From the NCBI RefSeq assembly GCF_009914755.1, contig NC_060932.1: a DNA stretch of 64,000 bases; one strand, given 5' to 3'. A program made the translations under genes and the position numbers. Under the pieces are notes generated by a model. It did not search any database. It worked only from the letters and a program-made list of their open reading frames with translations, and was not told the DNA's origin. Positions within the stretch are counted from its first letter, which is position 1, and every line of letters begins with the position of its first letter. Origin of the DNA: the human T2T-CHM13v2.0 reference genome, Homo sapiens. Below, piece by piece: positions 44,129 to 61,235 of the stretch.

Positions 44129-45284
44129 GGCACTCTGGATTTCTGATGCAGGTGATTACATAGGCCCTTCTGAGAAACACTAGCTTAAGGAATCATTGCT
44201 TTATCCTCCAGTAAATATTCTTCAGCAAAGCCTATTCTGAATTGAGATTAATTACCCCACCATGTAGAACCCATTTCTGCAGGAATGTCTGAGATAATGA
44301 TGCAGTCGGTCTGATGTTGAACATGCAAGCTGGATCTGGTAGACATGAGCATGCTCATCTTCCCTCAGACATTTTTTTCTCAGACAGCTAAGCTTTTTAT
44401 TTGATCTTGGATTTTCTTTAAATTCCAAGAAATGACCATCATCTTATTGGTTTTCTGAGACCTATCTCTGTCTCTTATCAGATTTCACCTAACAAGCTTT
44501 TGCTCCCATCCAGCTCATGCTCAGATCACAGTGTCTGGCTTCCATCTTCACTGCTCCACTGAAACCACCCTCACCGAGGTTGCCAACAACCTCCTCATGA
44601 TAATCAGATGGACGCTTTTCAGTCTGCACCTCACCTGACCTCTCACAACTTTCAACACCATGGCGAGCTCTCCTCAAATTTCCCTTTACCCCGGCTTCCT
44701 TGCCAATACTCTGATTTTCCTTCCACCTCTTGAGCTAGTCCCTTGCAGTCCTACTTGTGACTCATCCAACTCCTTGGGCCCAATCCCAGGTTATCCTGTC
44801 CTGTCACTCACTCTGTGGAGGTCAACTCTGCTCCCATCTACTTGCCAACATCTCGAGTCTCTCTCTAGACCAGATCTCTCCTCTGGTCAAAGCTCTGGTT
44901 TTCTATATCCAACTGACTATTCCACAACTTCGCCAAGGTGTCCCATGTGCACAACAAACTCCACACAGCCATAGTGAACTGTACTGTTTTAATTCTCCAA
45001 AACATACGCCTCCTAGAACACTACCCCTTCATGTTAGCCCTGGTGGTCATCACCACTTAGCCAGACAGTGTGCAGTGACTGCCTAGGAAGTACTGTCATG
45101 GGGTCAAGTAGGAGACCAGCATGCATGTGAGCTTTGCTTGGAAGGACTCAGACTTGGACACTAAGGCTTATTAAATGGTCCCCCTTCTGTGCCTGTGGGT
45201 CTCTCATTAGACACCAAAACAGGATTGCCTCTGGAAATTCTGCCCTTAAGAGAAGTATTTCCTGGGAAAGAATACTCTTTTTAG

Positions 45285-46542
45285 TAAATTGTGAAATTGA
45301 TCTTCACATGCAAAACAATGTAACTGGACCCTGACCTCACACCATTCAGAAAAATTAAAATATATCAAAGACATAAATTATAAGGGCTGAAACTATAAAA
45401 TTCTAAGAAGAAAGCAGGGGTAAATCTTTATGGCCTTGGATTAGGAAATGATGTCTTAGCTATGACACCAAAAGCACAAATAACAATAGAAAAAAAAACA
45501 AATTGGACTGGACTTAATCAAAATTAAGAACTTTTGTGATTCAAAAAACACTGTTAAGAAAGTGAAAGACAATTCATAGAAGGAAAGAAAATATTTGTAA
45601 GTCGCGTATCTGACAAATGAACTGTATCTAGAAGATATAAACAACTCTTACAGCAACCCAATCAAAAAATAGACAAAGGATCTGAATAGAAATTTTTTAA
45701 AAGATATACAAATAGCTAAAAAGCACATGAAAAGATGCTCATCCTTAGGCATAAGCAAAATGCAAATCAAAACCACAATAAGATGGCATTTCATACCCAC
45801 CAGGGTGTTTCATACCCACCAGGACAGCTATAATAAAAAAGAGATAATACCCAGTGTTGAAGATGATGTGGAGAAATTAGAATCCTCATATGCTTCTGGT
45901 GGGAATGTAAAATAACACAACCACTTTGGTAAACAGTCTGGGAGTTTTAACAAAAACTTAAATATAGAGTTACCATTTGACTTAGCAATTTCACTCCTAG
46001 GTATATAGCCAAGAGAAATAAAAACATCACACAAAAACTTGTACACAAATATTCATAGCAGCATTATTCATAATAGCCAAGAGATAGAAACAACCCAAAT
46101 ATTCATCAACTGATGGATAAAATGTGGTATACATATGATAGAATATTTGTCTATCCATATAATAGAATATTCATATAAAAAGATATGAAATACTGATACT
46201 ACAAGACTAAACCTTGAAAACATTATGCTTAGTGAAAAAAGTCAGACAAAAAAAGCCTAATATTATATAATCCACTCACATGAAATGTCTGGAATAGGCA
46301 AGTCCATAGACAGAGAAAGAAGATTTCGGAGTTGCCTGCAGTTGGGGGGCAGAGGGGGAATTTAGAGCTGAGAGCTAAAAGACATGGGGCTGCTTTTGAG
46401 AGTGATGAACATTTTCTAAGTTTTATTGTGGTGGTGGTTGCACAACTCTGAGAATACACTAAAAACTACTGAATTGTGCACTTTAAGTTGGTAAGCTGTA
46501 TGATATGTCAATTATATCTCAATAAAGCTGTTCTTAAAAAAA
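45285..46542 (+). mobile_element. L1MB-type 3' fragment
   Basis: ORF 45727..45915 (MKRCSSL...MQIKTTIRWHFIP) is ORF2-like. Ends with aataaagctgtt and an A tail. Confidence 0.9.
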
Positions 46543-48059
46543 GTATTCCCTGCAACTAATGCATATTCACTGCAAAATAATGAAATTGAACTGACATAAA
46601 TATACAAAACATAGGCTAAACATTTTCAGTTACCTCGGTCTAGGCCCTTCAGATCATTTTGTTCTATTATCGGAAATGTCTTACGGTTTCCAAAATCATT
46701 TATTTTCCTTTAAGTATACGAGGTTTTTTTTTTTTTTTTTAACTAATTTTACCTATTATTTGACCTCTTTTGTTTTTTGTGTTTTTAAAATGTGAATAAG
46801 AACATTTCAGTACACAAAGATTATCTTTGCCCTGGATAAAGTAGAAAATGACAATGTGGGCATAATGGCCCCTCAGCCCCTCTGATAGTGTCTCAGCCCA
46901 GGCAGTTCAGCCCTAGATAAACTTGACTCAACTGCCTGCCTGAACGAAGACTATTTTCTTTCTACATGACTAAACCTAGTAACTCAGGAGACAAGGAGGC
47001 CAAATTCTCCTCCCTTTAGTTTTCCCACTCAGGATTACATTGGGCCTGGTCTCAGGAACAATCCAGGAGTTTCTGGAAAAGCCATGTTATCTTCAAACTA
47101 GAATTTTCCAATAGCTACAGGAGGAAACACAGGAAATGAAAGCTCACATCTGCAATCTGTGTAATTCCCTTGCCTCGGGTGGTCCACAGGAGCAGCCCAC
47201 AGTGCAGTGGAGGAGGAGGGGAGAACAGAAGCCCTGCTTGGGAGAGACCATCTGGCTCTATCAATGAGCCTCAGCCAGCGTCAGATCCCTTCTAAGGAGG
47301 CCTGGGAGGAGGCCGGCGGAGGACCCTCACTTCCTTGCTGGAGTCTCACTTAGCCCACATGCTCCTGCTTTAAACCTGATTAGATAGACCAGCTTCTCAA
47401 AAAGGGAGGGCTCCAGAGGGTTTGTTTTTTTTTTTTTTTTTAATTCTCAGATCTTCCCAAGTCTGCTCTCCTAAGTATGAGAAACAAAGGGAATTGCCTA
47501 GAACCAGGACTATATCTAAAGGGATTTACAGGACAGAGGTAGCTGTACTTCTTCTAAGTTACCACTTTATACTAAAGAAAATCAATGGTAGTTAACTACA
47601 CAATACTTGACTAGAAGTTATCCAAACTCCACTCCTCTTCTTTATCTCTAAAGAGAGGTTTTTCTCAGTACAAATAAGTTTTTAGTACAGGGGTTCTCAA
47701 CGCTGGCCGCATAGAGCCACTGGGATTGTGATTTGACTGGTCTTTGGTGAAGCCTGGCAGCAGTCATTCTTAAAGTTTCCCTTGGTTCCAACGTGCAGCC
47801 GAGGTTGAGAACTGCTGGCTTGGTGTCTACCCTCTACCAAGCAATTTTGCTCTGCATCTCAATCTTCACAGCAACACGGGAAGGTATTTTTACTACTTTA
47901 CAAATAAATAAATACAGGAGCAAAGAAGATACAAATCGATTCTCTCAGATTTGAATCCGGATCTGATTCAAAAAATAATAAGAATAAAGCCTGAGCTGCT
48001 ACCCTCGGCAAAGCTCCCGTAGCAGCCGCTGAGTGAGCCTCCTGCCCAGCTCTACTTAC

Positions 48060-48156
48060 CTCCCAGGAGCCCCAATCAGACAAGCGGGGGTGGGGGGACT
48101 CAAGTCCACTAAGCAGATTGATCAACTCAGATCCACAGCCAAAATATCATACTTCC
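48060..48156 (-). other. CDH17: Probable distal alternative non-coding exon 1 of CDH17 (5' end uncertain)
   Basis: Consensus donor GAG|GTAAGT at 48058-48059 in repeat-free, relatively CpG-rich sequence. The distance (~8.7 kb from the proximal exon 1) fits my recollection of a second CDH17 transcript variant. Confidence 0.65.
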
Positions 48157-48358
48157 ACCGTGATTACATGCTCACCAGTCGCCCCTCCCACTCGATCTTT
48201 CTGAGCTTTATATGGTTGGGAATCCTGCCTTCGCTGAAAAGCCTGCTTAGGTAGCATTTTCATGAACCAGTAATACCCACCACTTTATCCCCTATAGCGT
48301 TTCCCGCCACAGCTCCGCTCCAGCTGATATCCCTTTATATTTCCTCCCCATTTCCCTT

Positions 48359-48418
48359 GTTACAGAGCAATAGCACCACCTGACCCCCGTTACAGAGCAA
48401 TAGCACCACCTGACCCCC
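48359..48418. repeat. Perfect 30-bp tandem duplication
   Basis: gttacagagcaatagcaccacctgaccccc x2. Confidence 0.97.
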
Positions 48419-48987
48419 TCAAATGCAGCTGCTCTCTTTCAGCTGTCCAGGAGGCAGGCATCCTCTCCCACAGCTACTGAGGAAGTGGTTAACTTCAGTG
48501 TAGCTCGGCTCAACTCAGACAAGCCAGGGGTAGCCAACCGGTACTATTCAGAGTTGTGCATAATGCCAGGAGTACCTTGCCCCCAGCAATAACTGAATTA
48601 TCTCGATTCAGTGGACTTTCTAAAATGTACCCTCCCTCAATATTGAAAATCCTCTTCAGGACCAGGGTAGAAAGTGGCTCCCAATACAGCAATGCTGACC
48701 TGCTGATCTTTGTTCTGGAATTTAACATGGTCTGTAAGGACCTTGGACTTTTTGAAATCATTTTTTTTATATCGCTGGAATACAGGTTCCTTTTCTTTTC
48801 TGGTCACAAAGCAAAGAAGTATAGAAAGAATTACCAAAAGTAAAAGTAAAAAAATAAAAAATAAAAAAAAGAATTACCAGGGACCCAGTCCCATGGGACT
48901 CAGTGTCAATGGCATATTTCCTGAGCTTGACATGGGCAATGAGAACTTATTTCTCCCAATCTTGATTCAGCTCCCTAATAATTAGGC

Positions 48988-49502
48988 TGGTATTCTTTAA
49001 GGCATATTGGTTTTAAGGTAGACACACCTGACAGCAATAACTTAAGCATAATCTGAGCATGCTCCTGCAGGGCAGATGCACCTCAATGTGTGTTCTGAGC
49101 TCGGGAATCCGGGAGTGGTCAACGCGGAGATTGGTTCCTTGTCTATGAGGAACATCTGAGCATCTCCCACCGCACCTTCCACCCTCCGCCCCCATCCCAT
49201 GGAACATGGGCCATACTGGGGATGGAGGTCCTTTGTTTTGGGTTTAATGAAGGTTGCCAGATGGAGGTTGTTAGGGGAGGGTGTTAAGTGAAAATGTTGT
49301 ATAAACTGATGCTTTTTGCAAGTAGTTGCACTTCTCCTGTATAGCCCACTGCTGCTGGACCCTGTCCCCCTGCATGTGAACCCGCAGTAAAATCCCATGT
49401 CTCATTTGCTGGCTCTGGGGCTCTTCTTCAGCCTCTTGAATCTTGTGCCAGAGGTTTTCGAACCCTGAATCCCTATAAGATTAATAGGGGTTGGGCATAA
49501 CA
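48988..49502 (+). mobile_element. Solo LTR (LTR47-like)
   Basis: gacacacctgacagcaataacttaagcata...tataaact...agtaaaatcccatgtctc...ggggttgggcataaca. Left boundary uncertain. Confidence 0.7.
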
Positions 49503-51375
49503 CTATTTAAGACCAAAAATTTAGAGACTGGCAAATTGGGACTGAATCCCAATTCCAAGGCTATTCTTTGGCCTTGATATTCTTCACCAATATGGGTTTG
49601 GGAATTCTAATGTGGACCCTCGATATCACACCCCTCCTCTGTCTGTTTGGGCTCATAAATATAATGGCCCAACCAAGGAAGTAAAAACTAAGGTGGATTA
49701 CAGGTCTTTGTTAGGGAGATCTGAACCCTGTTTGTCTAAAAACGGTACCAAGTTATTTCAGTACATGTTGAAGGTATAAAGAGGAGATTCCAACATTTTC
49801 TATAAATTACTTTTCTAAAGAGCCTTTCAGCTCTACTTGCCCTGACTTAAAAGTATTTTTCATTCATCTTCCACCCACACTCAGACCAGAAACTGATAGC
49901 AGTTAGCCTTATCTGTCACAAGCCTAAGCAACTGGTGGCCGATCACCCTATCTCGTGCTATTACCTAGGCCGTTAGGAAGCTAAAATTAAAACCTGGTGT
50001 CATTAACATACCAGACCAAATACAGAGAAAGCCACAGAAAGTCAAGTTCAGATCCTCTTACAAGTTTCTATTTTAAAAAATAAAATACAGCAAGCTTCAG
50101 TGAGAGACCTTAAGATGGGTCACTAGACATCACAGTGAACATGATTTTGTCGTACTATTAATATTTCTCAGCAAATGGCTTTGGGAAGCACGGTGGGAAC
50201 TCTGATTCCTGTAGGTAGCCACTAAATCATTGCCCTGACTTTATAATTCTGCAGCAATGTCTTCATATTTTGTGAAGTCTAGAACCCTTCGCAGCGGGAA
50301 ACTTGCACACTTATAGCCGAATTGCATAGAGTCTATCTAAAGTTAGTTTAAAGACTCACAGGTTACTTTGCCACCAGAAATGTTCATGTATTGGATTTAG
50401 GGGTGGGCTCAATTTTCACTTAACTATTTAATTAAACAGTTACTTTGCTGACCTCTAGTTAGCTGACGTCTGTTCTGTGCCAGGCACTGGGCAAAGTGTT
50501 TGGCTTATGTTATCTCTAATGTGCACAAATCTGAAAGGCAAGTCAAATCGCCAATCCCCATTTACAGTTGAGGAATCTGAGGCTCAGGGAAGTCAAATAT
50601 CTTGCTCAAGTTCACATAGCTGGCAGGTGACAAAGCCAGGATTTGAATCAGGCATGCTGACTCACAACCGTTGCCACTGTGAAGGCTGTTCCTAATCTAT
50701 GCGATGTCCTAGTCACCACCTCTACCCCGACACCGTGGCCATGCCCTTCTCTCATCACTTGCCCTTGTGGTGGCTTTACTGCTACCAACCAGAAGAGGCC
50801 TTCGTAGGTAACTGACTCTGTTTTACAACAGTCTAAAAAAGAATTGGAAGAATTTATGCCAAAACTAAAATCGTTGCTTGGGGCAAACTCTAATATTCAA
50901 GTAGGCAATGTTAAACCAGCCCTATTAACTCTTATGCTCTTATCCCTCTGCGGCATATTTACATAAATTCCCCCAGACGGCACTGTCTAAATACATTGGT
51001 CTCCATTTCAGACGCTGCCTGGAGTCACTAAGTTTCTCCTAAGATTGGGGAAGGCAACTGGTGATCACTTTCCTTAGCTTTTCCAGTCTTCAATCATGTT
51101 TGCCATGGGCTGTGGATCATGAGGAAAAGTTTCTCTTCTAGAAATCCTCCAGCTAATAAACGAAGAGAGGGCAATAAAATTAAAATATTATCATTTCACA
51201 AACCTCTATGGAAGTAAGTCTAGGCAAGGGTCATCCATGGCTGCTACCTCACAGAAAGAGAGACAGCTGGTCATTGTGTGCCTCCTCCTAGATATGAAAT
51301 GCTACTTAGGAAGGATTCTTGCCGAAAGCATTGTATCTGGATCAAATCAAACCAATTCTAGATTCACCTAACAAT

Positions 51376-51819
51376 TGTGAAATTGCCAGAATCAAAATGG
51401 AGTTGGCACTGTTAAAAATCAAAACAAACCCTGACAAATAGGCCTGTGGAAGACCATGAAGACAGGTTCTCATGCTTGTATGCCTAATAACAAAACTATC
51501 ACAAAAGCCTCAAAAACCACAATCTTGCACAATGGCCACTGCAACCTTACACAAAAAATACTTCTACAAGGATATCTGCCCAGCAACTGCCTGTTCAACT
51601 GCATTGGGATCACCCTTGTTATTAATCTTTATGGTCAAGTATAATCATTTCCAAATAATTATGTAATCCTCCTCATTTTTTCCTTTAAAAACCTTTGTCT
51701 TTCTTTACCTCCCTGAATCCATGCATAGTTTACTATGGCAGGCATATTCCCATTGCAATGATCTATACCCAAATAAATATTTTATTTTAGAAAGCATTTC
51801 TCTGTCATTCAGGTTGACA
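51376..51819 (+). mobile_element. ERV1 solo LTR (MER65-like)
   Basis: TG...CA ends; aatcaaaatggagt...ccctgacaaata...aataaa...aggttgaca. Confidence 0.75.
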
Positions 51820-52087
51820 ATATAAGAGGAAATCTCTTTGCAGTGATTGTGTAGAAGATATGGAGACATTCTCTGTATTGGCATTTTTCTATGTCCGCCC
51901 TTGATGAAAGCAAAGGACGGAACATTAAAGGGCAACTGAGTAAAGACTTTCCATAGCAGTGTTAGTTAATGAGATCCATCCAGGATATAGCTTTCCGGTA
52001 ATCAATTTGATTCCAGAATAGCATAAGAGACCTAGAAGAGTACACAGTCAGATACCAAAATTTACCTAGAAAAATCTTAGACTGTTG

Positions 52088-52407
<320 letters not shown>

Positions 52408-52419
52408 TCAGAAATCACA

Positions 52420-54205
<1,786 letters not shown>

Positions 54206-56344
54206 CAAAGTGTGAAAAATCACACACACACACACACAAACACACATCCTGCTCTTGTTTTTGAACAGAGGGTCTGGGTCAATAATTGGGTGAATGGTGA
54301 TTTTTATAAAATAACAAAGTAATTTACCTCCTTAAGGATAAAAATGAACATGTTCTCACTGGAAAGCTGCCCAAGAAGAGACTACTCAACCATAGTACCA
54401 TGTGCTGAATTTTCTTTATTTCACATTCTTGATCTGGCCTTACAGAAAATTTGAGTGAACATTTCTGAATTAGAAGGAAAAATTTGGAAGTCGAAGTACT
54501 AAAATGAGTATTGAAGCATGAGAACTGTTCTACCTTGTCAGCATCTGAATAGTGTAAAATCGCTCCCCTGAGCTGGGATTCACGTCCAGGTGGGTGCAAA
54601 GTGAAACAGAAATAGCACATGCAGGCACAAAGCCAGTGGCCTGGGAGTGAGGGGGGATGGAGGGAAAATGGGAAGATTGTCCACTTGAGACTAAGCCTCC
54701 AGAATCTGCAGGAATTTTGGGGATCATTGCAGCATAATTTAAAGTTCTAGAGAGTTTTGCCTGAATCTCCATTGGTCAGGGAAATCTGAGCTGATGACAA
54801 GGTTACAAACAATTATACCACATGCCATTTGTAAATTATCATTCCAGACGATGTACTAAGCAGTTTACATTAATTGCCTCGTTGAACCTTTATAACTCTC
54901 TTGCCCCAACAACCATGACACAGATATTATCATCACATTTTGACAGAAAAGAAGAAGGTCCAGGGAAATTGAGTAACTTATTCAAGGTCACACAGCTGGT
55001 GAGTGATGTAGCTTGTCCTCTAACGTAGGGCAGCCTGCCTGCAAAACTCTTTCCCCACTGTCTGCGTTTCACTTGCCATGGAGCAGCACTTTATGGACAC
55101 CAGTGGTTGGTGTCGCTGCAGGGGTCATACACAGAGCATTTCCTGGGTCAAAATTCTAATCCTTGCAAGAAAGACAATAGCATATTCAGGAAATCCAGTG
55201 AGTTCTGAAGACAGATCATGCCACAGTCATTTATCTAGGCAGCAAATGTAAAAGTGTTCAGAGAGCCTGGCAGGTGCTGGTGAAAAACAAAAAAATAAGA
55301 ATGTGTATTTCCCAGCTCCTTTTTCCCATTATCTTATATCACTTTTAAATAGCTCATGAAGGATATTTTAGACAAATTCAGCCCCTTTTCCCCTGTGGCA
55401 AGTAATGCAATAAAAGCTAATTAATTTAGCATCCTATTGATTAGAAAGCAGGGATACAATACAATGAGAACTGATGACCACAAACATGACTCAAACGCGG
55501 CCAGATATCCTAAAGAAGTTTATGACTCATCATCAAAACACAATTATATTCCAAAGAGGCCAAGCATTAAATGTATTTTATTGAGTTAAGTTTATCTGAC
55601 ACTGTTCAGCCACAAATGGTCATGTGAAATCGATAGAACCAGAATACCTGATTAGCCACAATAACACATTCTCAGACCACGCTGGCTTTTCTGCCATTGG
55701 ATCTAGACAAACATGACCCTCTGCAGCATACATATTTACTGCATCACTTGAAGATTGTGGAGAAGATAGACTTAGAGCTGAACTGGAAAGTATATGACAG
55801 AAAAATGTCTGGAGACAGTTATTTCATAATATATCATTTCTAAGAAGAAATTAAGCACTATAATTTGCGAGCCTGCAGTGATGCCTCAATGCATTGAGTA
55901 AGGTCTCTGGCATCAATTATGTTTAAGTAATAACATATGTAAAGGGCCTGTGTCTGCCCAAACTGTCAAGGGCTCCTAAGTGGCATCTATTGTTATTATT
56001 ATCATATTATAATTATTAAATCATGATGCTTATCTTATAGGTACTTATAATAGAACTAGGTTGGTAGAAACTGGCTTGTGTTGTCTTTTATCTTCAAAAG
56101 TGGAATAGGTGTGTGTCTTTGGTCTTACTTTGAGTTAAGATTCACTTAAACGTAGTGCAATCTAATAATCACCAAACGATTCCTTCATTTTCTGCTTTTA
56201 ATTTATCTCAAACAAGCAAATAAATGAAAAGCAGGCATGAGACAAAAAGGCTATTCCACAAAATCTCTGTGGAAAAAGGGCTGTGAGCCCAGTTGTTGAG
56301 TGAAGTTCCTCAGTCCAGAGAAGGCAGCAGAGAATGCCAATGTT

Positions 56345-56630
56345 GGCGGGGTGCAGTGGCTCACGTCTGTCATTCCAGCTTGGGAGGCCAAGGCGGGCAA
56401 ATTGCTTTGAGCTCAGGAGTTCGAGACCAGTTTGGGCAACATGGCAAAACTGCATCTCTACAAAAAAATACAAAAATTAGCAGGGTGTGGCCACCATGTG
56501 CCTGTAGTCCTAGCTACTCAGGAGGCTGAGATTGGAGAATCGTTTGAGCCTGGGAAGCAGAGTCAAGATCGTGCCACTGCATGCCGGCCTGGGTGACAGA
56601 GTGAGACCCTGTCTCAGGGAAAAAAAGAGA
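56345..56630 (+). mobile_element. AluJ-like
   Basis: TSD agagaatgccaatgtt on both sides. Confidence 0.92.
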
Positions 56631-56676
56631 GAAAGAGAGAATGCCAATGTTCTCATTGTCTCTCGTCTCTCTCTGA

Positions 56677-57086
56677 GTCAGTGCTCTCCAGAGAAACAGA
56701 GCCAATAGGATATGTATCTCTACACAGAAAGATTTCTTTTAAGAAATTGGCCCATGCAATTACAGGCTAGCAAATCTAAAATCCGCAGGGTGGGCTGGTT
56801 GGCTGAAGACCCAGGAAAAGCCAGCGTTTTGGCTGGAGTCCGAAGGCCAGCTGTCTGCTGCAGAATTCCATCTTGTTGGAGGAAGTCAGTCTTTTGTTCT
56901 TTTCAGGCCTTTGACAGATCAGATGAGGCCCACCGGTACTAGGGAGGGCAACCTGCTTTACTCACGGTGCACAGATTAAAATGGTAATTTCATCCAAAAC
57001 ACCCTCACAGAAATATCCAGAATTGTGTTTGACTGCATACCTGGACACCATGGCCCAGCCAAGTTGATACAGAAAATTAACCATCA
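56677..57086 (-). mobile_element. ERVL LTR (MLT2-like)
   Basis: ctccagagaaacagagccaataggata...ggcccagccaagttgatacagaaaattaaccatca. Confidence 0.85.
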
Positions 57087-57131
57087 TAATCTCTAATCTC
57101 TCCCTCCTTCCCTCTGTCTCTGTCTCCATCT

Positions 57132-57132
<1 letters not shown>

Positions 57133-57184
<52 letters not shown>
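57133..57184. repeat. Compound (CT)n(CA)n microsatellite
   Basis: Direct reading. Confidence 0.95.
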
Positions 57185-57187
<3 letters not shown>

Positions 57188-57215
57188 CAAAGTTTATCAC
57201 AAAGTAAGGAAGAAA

Positions 57216-57525
<310 letters not shown>

Positions 57526-58318
57526 TCAAGGTGTGATGCCAACCACCAGGGCTATCTTGAGACCCTCGGAGAAGTCCATACCTGAGGAGAGGAGCACTGA
57601 GCATTATTGCATCAATTCCAAGTAGGACTTCATCTCTTCTTTCATGAGAAAAATAATTCATCGATTCTGAAAAACAGCATTCATTATCTACCTACAATGC
57701 CATTTTTAAAACGTCTCAGGTAAATATTGTTCTATCCCCATCTCACAGATAAAGAAACTCTTTTCAATTAAGTGACTTGCCCCAGCATCCATTGCTAAAA
57801 GATGGAAGAATCTAAATTTCAACACAAGTCCTCAAATGTCTCTTGTGATTTCTCTCCATGCTGCCCCACAGGTAAGGAAAACAAGAATGTCAGCAAATGT
57901 CTGTAACAGAAGAAACCTGCGATGTTGAGCGTGGAGTAGTACACTTTGTTCCAGGATTCCATCTCTGGTTAGGGGATGTGTGGGAAGGAGCACTCACAGA
58001 CAGATATGCATCCAAGCCCATGGCCTGCAAACCAGAACCTCTCCTGCTAAAGAGATTTGTAGATGCTTATGGGAGCAAGAATTGCCCAACCTACCACACT
58101 CTCTAGGCAAATGTCATCTGTTGGAGATTCCCACTGAGGTCCTGGAAGGGCTCCCACATGGGCCATCTGCCAGGCCTCTGATGTCGGCCAACTGCCAAGC
58201 TTAGGCTAACGGTTGCTTGTAGTTGGTGGCAGAGCTATTCCAAAGAACTACTGAGATGCAGGCAACTGATGACAGGGCTGCTCTTTTGTCTCTCTAGCTG
58301 GCCCCGCACAGTACCCTA

Positions 58319-58677
<359 letters not shown>

Positions 58678-59612
58678 CTACCTTCTTTCTTCCTCCTGTG
58701 CCCTCTTTCGACCCACCCCACAACTTTGTATATCAAATGGCAAAAAGAATCCTATTCCTGCCTTAGTTCATTATCTGACCTTCAGTAGGACCAGAGGCCT
58801 GGGAAATGGGGGCGAGGCCGAGTGTGTGGTAGAACCACAGGCATTCTAGATGCAGACATGAGTGAGAATCACACCCCAGTCCATGGCATGTCACCCACCT
58901 GGGACTTCAGAGGAAGCTAGTTCTGCCACGGCCACCTCCTAGTGAAAGCGACACAGGAGGGCCTGCCTTCCCCTCTGCAGTGCCTCTCGCTGCAAACACT
59001 TGACCAGTGCACATTTGCCAAAGTTCTGAATGTCAGAGCCAAGCTGAAAACCAGTGCAAGATCAGTCCATCTAAGTCAAGGCAGCTATGTGCATGTCCTA
59101 AATTATAGTTGCAGAGGGGTAATCCCAGGCTGTTTAGTACAAAGATAATGATCAGAAACTAGGAAAATGGTTGCTTTAATTCAAAAACCACATTGCTAGC
59201 AATAAGGTGATAACCATGACAAGATTCCTGTACAGAGGGTCCTGCACCAGGAAAAAGATAACATTAACTCATTCCGATCTGAAAGCATTAGCCATGATGT
59301 ACTTACTATTATTACTATTTTCTAGTGAGGAAACTCTGACCTAAGGAGCATAAGTAAACTTCCACAAAGTAACTCAGCTAGTGAATTGGTACCACCAGGA
59401 TTTGAAGCCAGGAAGTCTGATTCCCAAGTCTAAAAACGTAACCACTCTATTATATGGCATTCTGATTGTATAATGTTTTTGTGCTTATGAGGCATTGTCA
59501 GGCCTGCTGTCTGTTGAGATTTATCATTTTTTTAATTCCTCCATCTTATTTTGCGTAATAGTATCACATCCATTGGTTTATAATAAAGACTATAATAAAA
59601 TTGTATGTCTTC

Positions 59613-59995
<383 letters not shown>

Positions 59996-60544
59996 GAATG
60001 TTTTCCAAATATTTTTATAATTTAAATATTTTCCCACTAAATAAGATCTTATCTGTGCCATTTCTCTATAATTTTCCACATACATGGCTTTTACTGGGCC
60101 GAGGAGGCTACTGAAAATATGAGATCACATACTCACAAGGGATGTGGGTACTCCTTCCCTGACACCGTGTTGCTTCTTTTAGGTCACATTAAGGTTTAGT
60201 TTCTTTCAAGACTGTTACTATTTTATCAGAAATTAAGACCTTAAATTAAGTACTAATTCATTTTCACATCTCAGTGAATGAGATGAAAGGAAACTGAAGT
60301 GAGATTTGGGTTTTCTGGTTTTCACTTTTGGGGAGAGATTTTTTTTTAACATGGGGTCTTCCTGAAGTCATACCATGGAGGTAATCTCATTCAGGGTCTG
60401 TAGGTAGGTGAGCAATCTGTTTCAAGATGAAAAGAAATTGTATAGGGTTTTAAAAGATGTCATTCCAATGCCTTAAACAGTCCTCACAGTGTTATAGGCA
60501 ATACTGTGACCTGACTCTTCACATGGTTGCTGTGACATCATAAC

Positions 60545-60840
<296 letters not shown>

Positions 60841-60939
60841 TGTCATAACATCTTTAAGCCTCAGTTTTCTCAACTACAAAATGGAGCCAGTAATATCTAC
60901 TTCTTGAGTTTAGTAAGATGTTACTAAAATACTAAAGAC

Positions 60940-61235
<296 letters not shown>

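Noticed and set aside
45789-45824. Short duplication of tttcatacccaccagg
   Set aside because: Ordinary slippage inside an old L1 fragment.
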